A stretch of 64,000 nt of DNA from Histomonas meleagridis 2922-C6/04-290x. Lineage: Eukaryota > Protista > Parabasalia. Location: NCBI GenBank assembly GCA_020184695.1, contig JAANOX010000014.1, positions 62,001-126,000 of the forward strand, read 5' to 3'. Numbering within the stretch: the stretch's first letter is position 1; each line of letters opens with the position of its first letter. Of this stretch, positions 31,135-41,700 are shown one piece after another. A program made the translations under genes and the position numbers. Under the pieces are notes generated by a model. It did no database searches, was not told the DNA's origin, and was given only the letters and a program-made list of their open reading frames with translations.

Positions 31135-32847
31135 ATGTTTATATATTTTCTTTTGTATGTATTACAAAAAATCGATTTAACAGTAACAAACAGTCCAAAT
31201 GCTTCAGATAAACCTTTTCTTAAATGGACAAAAATTAACGATGAAAAAATATTTTACAAAATATTTCAAAAAAAAGAAAATGAAGAATGGAAACAAATTA
31301 GCACATATTCTAAAGGTGAAGTTATAAAGGTATTAAATGTTTATCCACATATAACTTCAACAGGACCATATTATACATATCATGTACCTAAAGAAATCCC
31401 ATTATGCAATTTTGTATTTGATAATGATCCTACTCTATATAAACTTTCAAAATCAGCATCATTAAAAGTTTGGATGGAAGGAGGAACACGAACATGTGGT
31501 AATGTTATACAAAAATTTGAAGCACTTGGTAAAGATCCAGAAACAGGAAAACAACAAATAACTGTACAATATCTTTCAATTACTGAGTTTGGATCAAATC
31601 CATCAATAATTAATAATTATGATGTTGTTGTGTTTGGATCCTGGTATGTTTCAAATTATGTTTCAGTAACAACTGATACAGCACAAAATATTATTAAACC
31701 TTTCATTGAAAATGGTGGAGGTGTAATTGCAACCCATGGTGTAATTAGTAAAATTTTTGTAGGTTTTACAGGAAAAGAATCTTTAACCTATTTAGCAAAA
31801 TCTCATTTTGGTATCGAAATTTGTCCTCTTGATCGACATTGCATAGAAGATTTAGGATTTAGTTCTGTAAGATTAAAAAAGAAAGGTATATTAACTAGTT
31901 ATCCATGGGATCTTAAAAAAGATGTTGGGGATATTATTAATATTCCAACAACTAGATCTTTTGGGAAATATGTGAATGGTGAATTATGGCTATCAGGAAT
32001 TATTAAAAATCATGAAATGGATAGATATATATCTTATCTTTCAACTTATGAAAACACAGCTGTAATGGAAATTGGACAGGCACAATGTGATACATTAGTT
32101 GAAGAAAGAAAAATATTGGCAAATTTGATATACTACTTAAAGAGAAAAACAGAAAAAACAGAATTAATTGATTATTCTATAAATGATGATAAAGAGCCTA
32201 TTATAAAATTAGATTGTTCACTGCATAATCAAAAAATTAATTGGGAATGGCTCAATATTGGAAATAAATATGGATATAAAGTTCAAGCATTTAAATATGA
32301 TAATCCTAATACAGTAATTGGTGAATCAGATCCTGAATATATTACAATAAATACAAAAATAAAAGGTTTTTATTATGTTATAAATGAAGATAATTCAACA
32401 TTAATTATAGGAAATGAAAAATTAGAATATTATACTGAGGAAACTTCATATCTTGTCTTAAATAATGATGTTTTAAAATATTTTCATATAGCGACAATAA
32501 ACTTTGATGGAAAATTAGGTAAAACAGCTCATTGTAAAATACCTTTATTGCCGACTCCAACAATTTCGGATATACCAACACAAAACACTGGAAACAGTGA
32601 TAACGGCTTGATTTCAAGTCTTTCGACTTCAACACAATATGTTTTGATTGGATCTGGATGCGTTATTATAATTATATCAGTTGTTTTATCAATGTTTATA
32701 TATGGATACTTCAAAAATGTTAATGAAGATTTGGATAAACAGATCAGTTTTAAGATTAACCAAAATTTAGCAACACCTGTAAAGGTAGAAAATCCATTAT
32801 TTGATAATATGGAAGCTGATCCATTTGCAAAAGATTTTTATAATTGA
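31135..32847 (+). CDS. Single-pass membrane surface protein with a GATase-like/bacterial-type ectodomain
   Basis: Hydrophobic N-terminus (MFIYFLLYVL), YDVVVFGSW...FIENGGGVIATHG segment, C-terminal TM helix (YVLIGSGCVIIIISVVLSMFIYGYF) and an ENPLF...DPF tail. Start moved to the in-frame ATG at 31135. Confidence 0.8.
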   Translation: MFIYFLLYVLQKIDLTVTNSPNASDKPFLKWTKINDEKIFYKIFQKKENEEWKQISTYSKGEVIKVLNVYPHITSTGPYYTYHVPKEIPLCNFVFDNDPTLYKLSKSASLKVWMEGGTRTCGNVIQKFEALGKDPETGKQQITVQYLSITEFGSNPSIINNYDVVVFGSWYVSNYVSVTTDTAQNIIKPFIENGGGVIATHGVISKIFVGFTGKESLTYLAKSHFGIEICPLDRHCIEDLGFSSVRLKKKGILTSYPWDLKKDVGDIINIPTTRSFGKYVNGELWLSGIIKNHEMDRYISYLSTYENTAVMEIGQAQCDTLVEERKILANLIYYLKRKTEKTELIDYSINDDKEPIIKLDCSLHNQKINWEWLNIGNKYGYKVQAFKYDNPNTVIGESDPEYITINTKIKGFYYVINEDNSTLIIGNEKLEYYTEETSYLVLNNDVLKYFHIATINFDGKLGKTAHCKIPLLPTPTISDIPTQNTGNSDNGLISSLSTSTQYVLIGSGCVIIIISVVLSMFIYGYFKNVNEDLDKQISFKINQNLATPVKVENPLFDNMEADPFAKDFYN

Positions 32848-33355
32848 AACTTTGTAATGTAATTTTGGAGGACTTTATAGTATCTTACATTTTCCGGTTA
32901 ACACAAATTCATAGAGGAACAAATTAGCAAAATATCATATTATTATAAAAAAACTTTTTTTCAAAATTTTAATTATAGGATGTAACACAAATATCCTTAT
33001 ATAACATCTTTCATTTTCTATAAAAGAAGTGATAATTAATAAGATTATCAACACTACTTAAAAAATATTTTTTTTAATAAAAATTCAATATCAATTAATT
33101 AATTTCCGATTATAAATCAATTTTTGGAAGAAATTATGATATTTAAGGTAAGAATTATTGGGGTAAATTCATTCGAAGCTGTTTTTTGGAAATTTTGATG
33201 TCTTCACTTCACCATGTCGAAACAAAATTTTGAATTATTTACTTAAGGCGCCCTATTTTGGTTATAAACACAAAAAGTTGTATTTACGTAAAATACGAAC
33301 GTTCGATCAATGTTGTCTATTTGGTCGAATGATTTCTAAAATTTTGTGAGGTGAA

Positions 33356-34072
33356 ATGCCAAAATTTGGAATGCCTGAAGGAATTGCGCATTATCCTGAT
33401 CATATCAAAAAACCAAACTACTGGGAACTACTCACTGAAGAAGATCAAGTTCAATATATCGAACTTCAAAAAAAATTTTCAACATCAGAATACAAGAATC
33501 GACGAAATAAGAGTAAAGAAACATTTCAAAATTTAATTGACCAAATTAAAGGATTCGTAGTAAGAAATGATGGAAATGTTATTCAAAGGTCTTTGGTTTG
33601 TGGAATTGTATGGCTTGAACATGGAATTGCAATAAATACACACCAATTGTGCTTGTTAACTGGCAAATGCAAATCTTCCATAAACGGGTCTTTCCAGTCC
33701 ATTGGATATGGAACAATTCCAGTTGGTACAGATTCATCAAACGAATTAATTAACACATTTCCTTTTTTAAAAAATAATTTTCCGGAACTAAGACAATGGA
33801 CAATTCGACAGAAGATTGAAGGAAGCTCTGGATTAAGCGATGAGTCACCAGCACCAAATGGATTCGAAGAATCAGAAAATTATCATTATGAAACAAGTGT
33901 AATTGATGTTGTAAAGAAAATACTATCAAACAAAAGCCAAAGTTTATCATTATCTGCACCACCTCCAGAAGTTGAAAAAATTCATCAAATTGAAAATGAA
34001 TTTCCCTCTCTTGGTGACGACCCATTTTCTGCCTTTGTATTCGAAACAGACTTTGATGCTTTTGGTTTTTAA
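33356..34072 (+). CDS. Initiator-binding-domain (IBD, IBP39-like) transcription factor
   Basis: YW.LL..EDQ..Y..L...F; RSLVCGIVWL..GIAINT.QL..L.GKCKSSINGSFQ..GY; ELRQWTIR. Confidence 0.93.
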   Translation: MPKFGMPEGIAHYPDHIKKPNYWELLTEEDQVQYIELQKKFSTSEYKNRRNKSKETFQNLIDQIKGFVVRNDGNVIQRSLVCGIVWLEHGIAINTHQLCLLTGKCKSSINGSFQSIGYGTIPVGTDSSNELINTFPFLKNNFPELRQWTIRQKIEGSSGLSDESPAPNGFEESENYHYETSVIDVVKKILSNKSQSLSLSAPPPEVEKIHQIENEFPSLGDDPFSAFVFETDFDAFGF

Positions 34073-35024
34073 TGTTGTTAATCAAATTAGTAAGTAAATA
34101 TCACCACTGTCCTAATTAAGATTTTTTTCATACATTTTGTATGGTTTACACAAAACTGGCAAAATATTAAACGTAAACCATTCAATTTGATTTGTTTTTT
34201 GTGCAAACGATCGGTTGTCTTACAAAAAGTTTTATCGTTCTTCAATTTTTGAAAGTGATAAGTGTCACTACGCTCTGATTTGCAAAGATCCCAATTTTGG
34301 TATCTTCCATACGTTTTAAACCTATGTATATTGTCTAAAAAGATAGTGAAACAATATATATCAATTCATTTGAAAAATTTGAAAAATGATAATTAATAAT
34401 ATTTTTGAACCCTTTTTTAGGAATGAATTTCTATCGTAAATAAAAAATAATTGAAATCTAAAAAGCATGTATCTTCTTTTTTGATTGAATAAAAACCACG
34501 TACATTTCTTGAAATTATTCCTAGTTACTGTTAGTTTTTTTAAGAATTTTGTTGGAAGTTCTGTAAAATTTATTCATCGATTTCATATTCACAATTATTT
34601 TTTTTTTCTTGAAAACTATTAATAATACTTTTGTTAACCATTGCTATAAGTAAAGTTAATTTTAGTTAAAACAAAATTGTTTCCTTTATAGGAAGAAAAA
34701 TAATAAGTTCTGAGGCGAATGTTTTACAAATACGAAAACAACATAATGAGAGCGTATTAATTAACGTAAATACATTTTAAACAAAGTCAGAAGAAATTGA
34801 TGATCAAATTTCTAAAAAATTATTTTTAATTATTAGAAAATTTTCTCGTCATTTCGACAATTGGAGAAGTCAAATATTGGTGATATTAATTGCCATTAGA
34901 AAAAATCGTGGTCATTCATTTTATATCACACGAATTTTTGAGTTGGTTTTTTGCCTTATAATTTCGGTTTATTTCAATAATTTGAATTTAGATTGATCAC
35001 GTAACCGTTTTGTGGTTGGCTAAA

Positions 35025-35309
35025 ATGTGTGAAGCCCAGCAAAAAATTGATGAATTAACAGCAAGGATAGCTGTTCTTGAAGCCGCTGTTAGAACTGGAA
35101 ACACAAAGACACCATCTAAACCAGTTGACGAATCGGATTATCCATTTCTTGCAAAACTTTCTGATGACGATTTAATCAAAGCTCGCGCCTTAATTGAAGA
35201 AAACAAACAGCTTCGTGAAGAGGTTGAAAAACTCAGAAACACTGTTGAAGAACGTGATTATCGCATTGAGCATTTAAAGCGTGGAATTGATAAATTGCTT
35301 CCAAAGTAG
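35025..35309 (+). CDS. Small coiled-coil protein (94 aa)
   Basis: ATG at 35025; LIEENKQLREEVEKLRNTVEERDYRIEHLKRGI heptads; codon usage like highly expressed genes. Confidence 0.75.
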   Translation: MCEAQQKIDELTARIAVLEAAVRTGNTKTPSKPVDESDYPFLAKLSDDDLIKARALIEENKQLREEVEKLRNTVEERDYRIEHLKRGIDKLLPK

Positions 35310-35466
35310 ACCTTTAATTAATAAAAGAATTTAAAAAAGATAATACTTATAAGTAGAAGTTTCATGATATTCTCTTTGGAATTTTTTTAATATGTATTCA
35401 CTGATTACAATTTTTATTTTGTATACAAGATTATTTAAAACAATAACAATGAAATATAAAAAACAT

Positions 35467-37989
35467 TTAATCAACATAAAGGTTTAAAGGTTCTAAAGCG
35501 GCAGAAATCTTTTTTGATTTTTGGAACATATATTTAAACGTCTTTTCCTTGTCAATTTCCACTTTTTGAATATCATTTTCATCCAACTCCAAAAACAAAT
35601 TATTGCAACTTGATACAATTTCGAATTGCAATAACATTCGTTTTAATTCATATATTGGGAAACTGAAAGGTATTTTAAATAAGAATCCCAAAGGTTTCTT
35701 TGAACTGAATTCACATATACTTAAGACAGCCAGATGATATTTGTAATCATAAAACAACTCTGGATTTGGAGGAGTTTCTAAATCTTCGAATTGATCTTCT
35801 GAAGTTACATCAATCATTGCATATTGGATATCATTTGGAATATGTTTATAACATGGAAAGTTCGGAGGTGATTTAATAATTGGTAATTGATCACCAAATT
35901 CAAAATCTATTTTTGTATTACTATCAATAAATTGGAATATTAATACATTTGCGTTTTCAATCCCATATTCTTTAAACGTTTTATTATCATCAATTTTTAT
36001 TGCTGAAAAATCGTTTTTTTCAAAATAAACGTCCGCCGGTTTCACATCACATTTCAGCATCAAACAAATAATTTGATGCAATGAAAAGATTTTGTCATTT
36101 ATATTAACTCTTTTGCTACCAATGAATTGTAATGGATAATGATCATTATTTGGAGTGTAAAGCTTTAAGAACAAAATAATTTCATTTTCGGATAAAATTT
36201 GATTCTCATTTTCAGATAAAACATGAACATAAACGAAAGGATTATCTTCAAGAATGAAACACTTATCATCAAGCATTAATTGATTTGTAATTTCTCCATC
36301 AGTAGTTACACCCCATAAAATTAATCTATTTGGATCAACAACATTTAAATGTTTTGAAATAATTTCTCTAAATTCTCTAATCGTTTGTTCATCATTTGTC
36401 GGGAATATTAATTCGCCTTTAATTCCACAACCAATTTCACCTCTTAGGTTTGCTTTTTTATAATCATTTTCTTGGATTATTGTTACCAAAAAAGGTTCAG
36501 ATTGCGGATATTTAGGACATAACACATTCTTTGGTATTATTTCATTATTAACATTTATAAAAATTTCATCTTCCGCTTTAATTCGTGTATATATAATCGC
36601 AACAGGTTCTTTCGGAGCTAACACTTCATTCATTGGGACTTCTTCGATATTTGCAGACGTAAACTTTAGCCATTTATTACCATAATAAGTAATAAGTGAG
36701 AAAAGTCCTGAATCTGGTCTACCGCGTGTACATATTATAGACTTAAGTCTCCATAAGTCATTTTCGTTAAGTAATATATCACTAATGTCACAAACTTCAT
36801 TAAGATGAAGTTGTCCATTTCCTAATTTAATTGTTGTCATATTAGAATCGAATTTATATCGATCCAAGACGATAATGATGACATTTGGTAAGGACTCAAC
36901 TTTCGTCTGAAGGACTCCGTTCTGTTTCCCTTTCCGAGGCACATAAAGGTCATCGATTTCTTCAACGTTTTGAACATAACTTTTTAAAAGTGTTTCGACG
37001 TTGACATCGGCATCGAAATTGAATGGAATTTCAATGTAAAACGAATTATATCGTTGAATTCGTTCAAACGAAATATTGGTGCACTTTTGTGTGCACACCA
37101 TCTCAATTTTGAATAGGGAATCAAACGAATTCTGAGGTATTAATTCTCTTACACTTTCTAGAATTGAACTTATCGCTTCTTTGACATGTGAACTGACAAA
37201 ATGGTCAAATGACCAATGTAAACTACTGATTAATTCAAGGGAATTAGTTTGATCGTTTCCGGTCTGAATCATGGCAAATAACCGCTGTATCGCATAGGGC
37301 ACATTGCCGGTACCCTCGTAACCGTAAGTGTTAATTTGATGCACAAGTGAAACGAACTTCGGAATCATGAAAAGTGACATCGAAACTGAGTTAAGGCATT
37401 CGTCGCCTCCATATGATATAATTGGTGATATCCCATACTCTTCAATTAACGCGCGATTGATTCTCGGGCGTAAGTATTGTGATGGCAAAAAAGTTCGATC
37501 ATTTATTTTATCTAAACCAACTTTCCCTTGGAATGTCGATGGGTTATGGAATTCAAACTGAATACGAAGTTTGCAATGATCAACGAAACCATTTTGTTCG
37601 GTTAAGTCCATCCATTTTATTGGAAAATCAATATAAGTTTTGAGTGACTTTGGAGTGAAAATTACATGTGACTGAGTTGTCAAGCAAAGGTTTTGATTGA
37701 CATTAACAAGTTGTGCATTTAAGTCCATTGGATATTCTGATGATGAAATTGATTTAAATGAGATAATCATTGTAACGCATGAAGTTACTCTGTTAAGTGG
37801 ATTAAGGAAAGTTAAATGGAACGATGTGTCGTCAAATGGGAATTCTTCAGAGATTGCCATATAAGTTTGATTAATAAAGTCATCTATAACCCAAATCCCG
37901 CGAATAACGTGAAATCCTTTGTCTGTTTTAGCGTATTTGTAAATGGTTTTTTTATAATTCATTTTGGATTTGAAAACGGTTATTTTCAT
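35467..37989 (-). CDS. USP7-like MATH-USP-UBL protein lacking catalytic Cys/His (probable pseudo-deubiquitinase)
   Basis: MATH-like N-terminus, USP fold motifs (ALQRLF-like AIQRLF, LPNVIIIVLDRYKFD, WLKF) and C-terminal UBL-like repeats. The Cys box reads GGDECLNS and the His box TRGRPDSGLF. Start may be ATG 37962. Confidence 0.8.
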   Translation of the reverse strand: MKITVFKSKMNYKKTIYKYAKTDKGFHVIRGIWVIDDFINQTYMAISEEFPFDDTSFHLTFLNPLNRVTSCVTMIISFKSISSSEYPMDLNAQLVNVNQNLCLTTQSHVIFTPKSLKTYIDFPIKWMDLTEQNGFVDHCKLRIQFEFHNPSTFQGKVGLDKINDRTFLPSQYLRPRINRALIEEYGISPIISYGGDECLNSVSMSLFMIPKFVSLVHQINTYGYEGTGNVPYAIQRLFAMIQTGNDQTNSLELISSLHWSFDHFVSSHVKEAISSILESVRELIPQNSFDSLFKIEMVCTQKCTNISFERIQRYNSFYIEIPFNFDADVNVETLLKSYVQNVEEIDDLYVPRKGKQNGVLQTKVESLPNVIIIVLDRYKFDSNMTTIKLGNGQLHLNEVCDISDILLNENDLWRLKSIICTRGRPDSGLFSLITYYGNKWLKFTSANIEEVPMNEVLAPKEPVAIIYTRIKAEDEIFINVNNEIIPKNVLCPKYPQSEPFLVTIIQENDYKKANLRGEIGCGIKGELIFPTNDEQTIREFREIISKHLNVVDPNRLILWGVTTDGEITNQLMLDDKCFILEDNPFVYVHVLSENENQILSENEIILFLKLYTPNNDHYPLQFIGSKRVNINDKIFSLHQIICLMLKCDVKPADVYFEKNDFSAIKIDDNKTFKEYGIENANVLIFQFIDSNTKIDFEFGDQLPIIKSPPNFPCYKHIPNDIQYAMIDVTSEDQFEDLETPPNPELFYDYKYHLAVLSICEFSSKKPLGFLFKIPFSFPIYELKRMLLQFEIVSSCNNLFLELDENDIQKVEIDKEKTFKYMFQKSKKISAALEPLNLYVD

Positions 37990-38006
37990 TTAACGTTCGC
38001 TTGAAT

Positions 38007-38732
38007 ATGTTTGCGAGACCGCCTTTTGCGAAGAGCTCAAAGCCAAAGCAATTACCACCAGATCTTCCACCAGTTGAACATGCTAGTACACCCAAACAAA
38101 ACGCACAACAAATACCAAAATTATCATCACTTTTAATACAACAACCAAATGAACATTCAAGAGGTCGTTCTGTAAGTAGTATAAATGCATCAAGAAGTGA
38201 TATTCTTTTATATGGAAGTAATTCAAGAATTAAAAAAAATCGAACAAGAGCATTAAATCCTCAACCAAAACAAAATGAAACAAATCTTCAACAAGCAAAT
38301 ATTAATGAAGAGTCTTTACTTAGCGTTTCTTTAGATTTAAATAATAAATTTAATATTAAAGGATCATCAAATACAGTATCAATTTTAGAAACAATCATGA
38401 ATATAAATGATATTTCATTAGAAAAAATTGAAGCTGTAGAAAGAGATCTTTCAGAAACTTCAAAAATAGTTAATGATATTTCCCAAAAATCAAATGATTT
38501 AATTTTAATTTCAGATGATTTAAATTCAAAAACCAAAGAATCATTAAAAGAAGTAAAAACTTTAATACAACAAATGCAATCAATGTCACGATCGAAATTC
38601 TCATTTTCGACACTTTTGCCGACACTTTTATTATTTATATTTTCACTTTTTGAATTTGTGTTCAAAATTGGCAAAAAAGTGTTTTCAATGCTGTTTGGCG
38701 GTTATATATCCAACGATAGAGAAATTTCTTGA
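38007..38732 (+). CDS. Coiled-coil protein with C-terminal hydrophobic anchor
   Basis: Heptad region followed by TLLPTLLLFIFSLFEFVF near the C-terminus. Confidence 0.75.
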   Translation: MFARPPFAKSSKPKQLPPDLPPVEHASTPKQNAQQIPKLSSLLIQQPNEHSRGRSVSSINASRSDILLYGSNSRIKKNRTRALNPQPKQNETNLQQANINEESLLSVSLDLNNKFNIKGSSNTVSILETIMNINDISLEKIEAVERDLSETSKIVNDISQKSNDLILISDDLNSKTKESLKEVKTLIQQMQSMSRSKFSFSTLLPTLLLFIFSLFEFVFKIGKKVFSMLFGGYISNDREIS

Positions 38733-38787
38733 AGAAAAAAATGTTTTGTAGTTTTATTTTTATGTTTTATATATAAAAATGTAATGC

Positions 38788-41700
38788 TCAAAACCAAGGA
38801 ATAGCTTCCTCTGGTTGTATTTCTTCATTTTCCGCTTGAGAAATTAATTCTTCTAATCTTTGATACCATTGAATAGTTTCTTTTTCATCGACTTGACCGA
38901 TTACAGGTGCTAACATACAGATGTTTTCTTCGATTATTTGTCTTTCTTTGATAATTGAATCTATTGGAAATGTCTTATCATCGATCATTTCTGAAATTAG
39001 AACCTCAAGACAAGATCTTACGTCCTCTATTGATTGTACAAGTGATTGCGCTGTTGCTGCAATGGTCAATATGAAGTCGCCTTTGTAATAATCGCCAATG
39101 AAAGATCTTACATTTGGTGAAAGTCTAAAAGTTGACTCTTCTTGAGTTTGGAAGTATAACGAAGGGTCAATAGTTTGAAGCATTGGGACAATTCCATTTT
39201 CAAATGAAACTAAATAGTCTTCTAATTTTGGATATTCCAATGAAAACATTTTTCTCATAACTGCTTGTGATGCTGAACATTTTAATGCATTAGTTGAAAC
39301 GAAACAATAAGCATAAATTGAATCCAATTTTCCTATAGCTATTTTCTTTACGTAATCATTTGGCGGTGAAATGTCACGTGAAAAATCGCCACTTTTGTGT
39401 GTAAACTTCTCATATAAACTTAAGAAATTTGTGATGTTTGTATTAAGTAAAGTTAACAAATATTGAGTACCTATTTCAATTATGTTTGGGTTATATAACA
39501 CGATATCTCTACTTCTTGTTGGATAAGAGAATTTAAATATATTATTAAATAGTTTAAACAAATTATTAATTATTGTAATTGGACTTTTTTGATTAATTTT
39601 TTGTATTAGAACATAATTTATTGACTTTGAAGAAGTTATTACTTTTAACTTTAATATATTTGATGAAATTTTCTTTGGATATTTTATTAATTTATAAATC
39701 ACAAACAAGAAATTCTCGAATTGGAATTCGTAAGGCAAATTATTTCTAAATATTTTCATGACTTCATTCACTTGTTGTTTTAATGTTTGATATTTTTCAT
39801 AAGAATTATTTAACATTTGAACATGTTCTTCATCCAAATCATCGACTTGGAACTTTTGTAATATATTAATTGGAACATATTTCAGAATTCGTAAATCTTT
39901 TTGTTGTAATAATGAAAAATCATTTTTTGCCTTTTTTAATACTTTCAAGCATAAGAATTCATTAAAGTCTATTTCGAATAATTTACTAATTGCTTTAGCA
40001 ATTTTATTAAGTAAATAAAGGTAATTATGCGCCATAACTTTCGATTGTACGTATTCATAAATTTGAGTTTTATTATATTTCTTTGAATATATTAAAGTTT
40101 TAATATTTCCTTTGATCAACAAACTCTTTATAAGTTGATAAAACCATTGATTATTATTAGTTATCTCGATAAGAACATCGATCCAACTTAACCATATGTT
40201 ATATTCGAATATAACTTTTTTACTTTTGATTTTCTCTATCAATAATTGGTTTTTCGTTTGTATTGCAATACGAATTATCGACAAAATTCTTGATGACACT
40301 TCAATCGATGGAATTAATTCAAAGACTTTACAATATGATATAAATGAAGTTTCAAGTAATACTCTCGGTGATGATATCGAATAAACATTAAAACAAAAAG
40401 ATGCAAATGTTTTAGTTTCTTCGATATTCTTCTTATTTGATATATATTCATTAATTTGTTTTGTACCAATTGCGATTAAACCTTTGGATGTATAACCTAA
40501 AATACTATCGAAGTTATGTCGCATTGATGATTGAACAAATAGTAATGGTTGATCTTGAATTTCAATTATTGGATGTTGATTGTTTTCATATAATATTTCG
40601 TTAAGTAAATTCGAATATTTCGGATCAATGATATTCGATAATATATTAATTGAACATGTCGCGTTTTGAAGTCGACATTTTAAGATCGATATTAATGTTT
40701 CTAATGAAATTATTTTATTAAAATTATTTCGTGATATTGGCTTCGATTTTATTAATATATAATTTGTTAAATGATTTTGAATTGTTTGTAATTGGTTATT
40801 AGAAATTCCATTTTCAAATAAATCTTCAATTTGTTTATTTACATGTGTCATTTTAAATAATAATGAAATTTTATCCGAATTTTCATTATACATTTTTAAT
40901 TGTTTGGATACTATTCGATGGATTTCATTATAAACATTATTCGACGTATTATAAAACTTCGAGAAAATTAATTGTGATGATTCATATGAATTTAATACTG
41001 TTAATAAAATCGCTGTTTTCTCAGCAATTGTTGACGTGTTCAAATAAAAGAAATCATTAAATATGAAATCTTTTATAGATTTACTAATTATTAATTGTTC
41101 TGAATTTTTACATAATAATTTATAACCACAAATTTCTTCAATTTTAGTTAATAAAAATGAATTTATTTTAATTCCTTTTGTATAAATAACTTTCAAAATT
41201 CCTTTTAATACATTTCGATAATTATATTTGTTTTGTTGTGAATAAATTCGTGTTAATATTATTGGTATAACATCTTCTTCGAAATATTTATAAAATAATG
41301 CAAATGAAAATTGTTCAGACATTGATTGATATAAATAAGTTAAATATTTTAATGTTGGAAATTCATTTTCTTCATCACAAATGATACAATATATATAAGG
41401 AATCATTGAATCTTCCCAAAAATCAATAAAATCAATAAAATCAATTAATAATGAAATAGGAAAATTATTCTTTTGCATTATTTCATGTATTTGATTAAAT
41501 AAAATTGGCCTTTGATCAAAATCACAATAAACACATGAAGAGATTAATATAGGAATTAAATAAGTATCATCTTGATCAATTCCATATAATTCATTAAACA
41601 TTGATAATGAATCAATAACATAATTAAGATAATGAAATATATTTTCTTTAATTAAAGAAGGTAAAATTTTAAATATATAAACTTTGATTTGCATTTGTAA

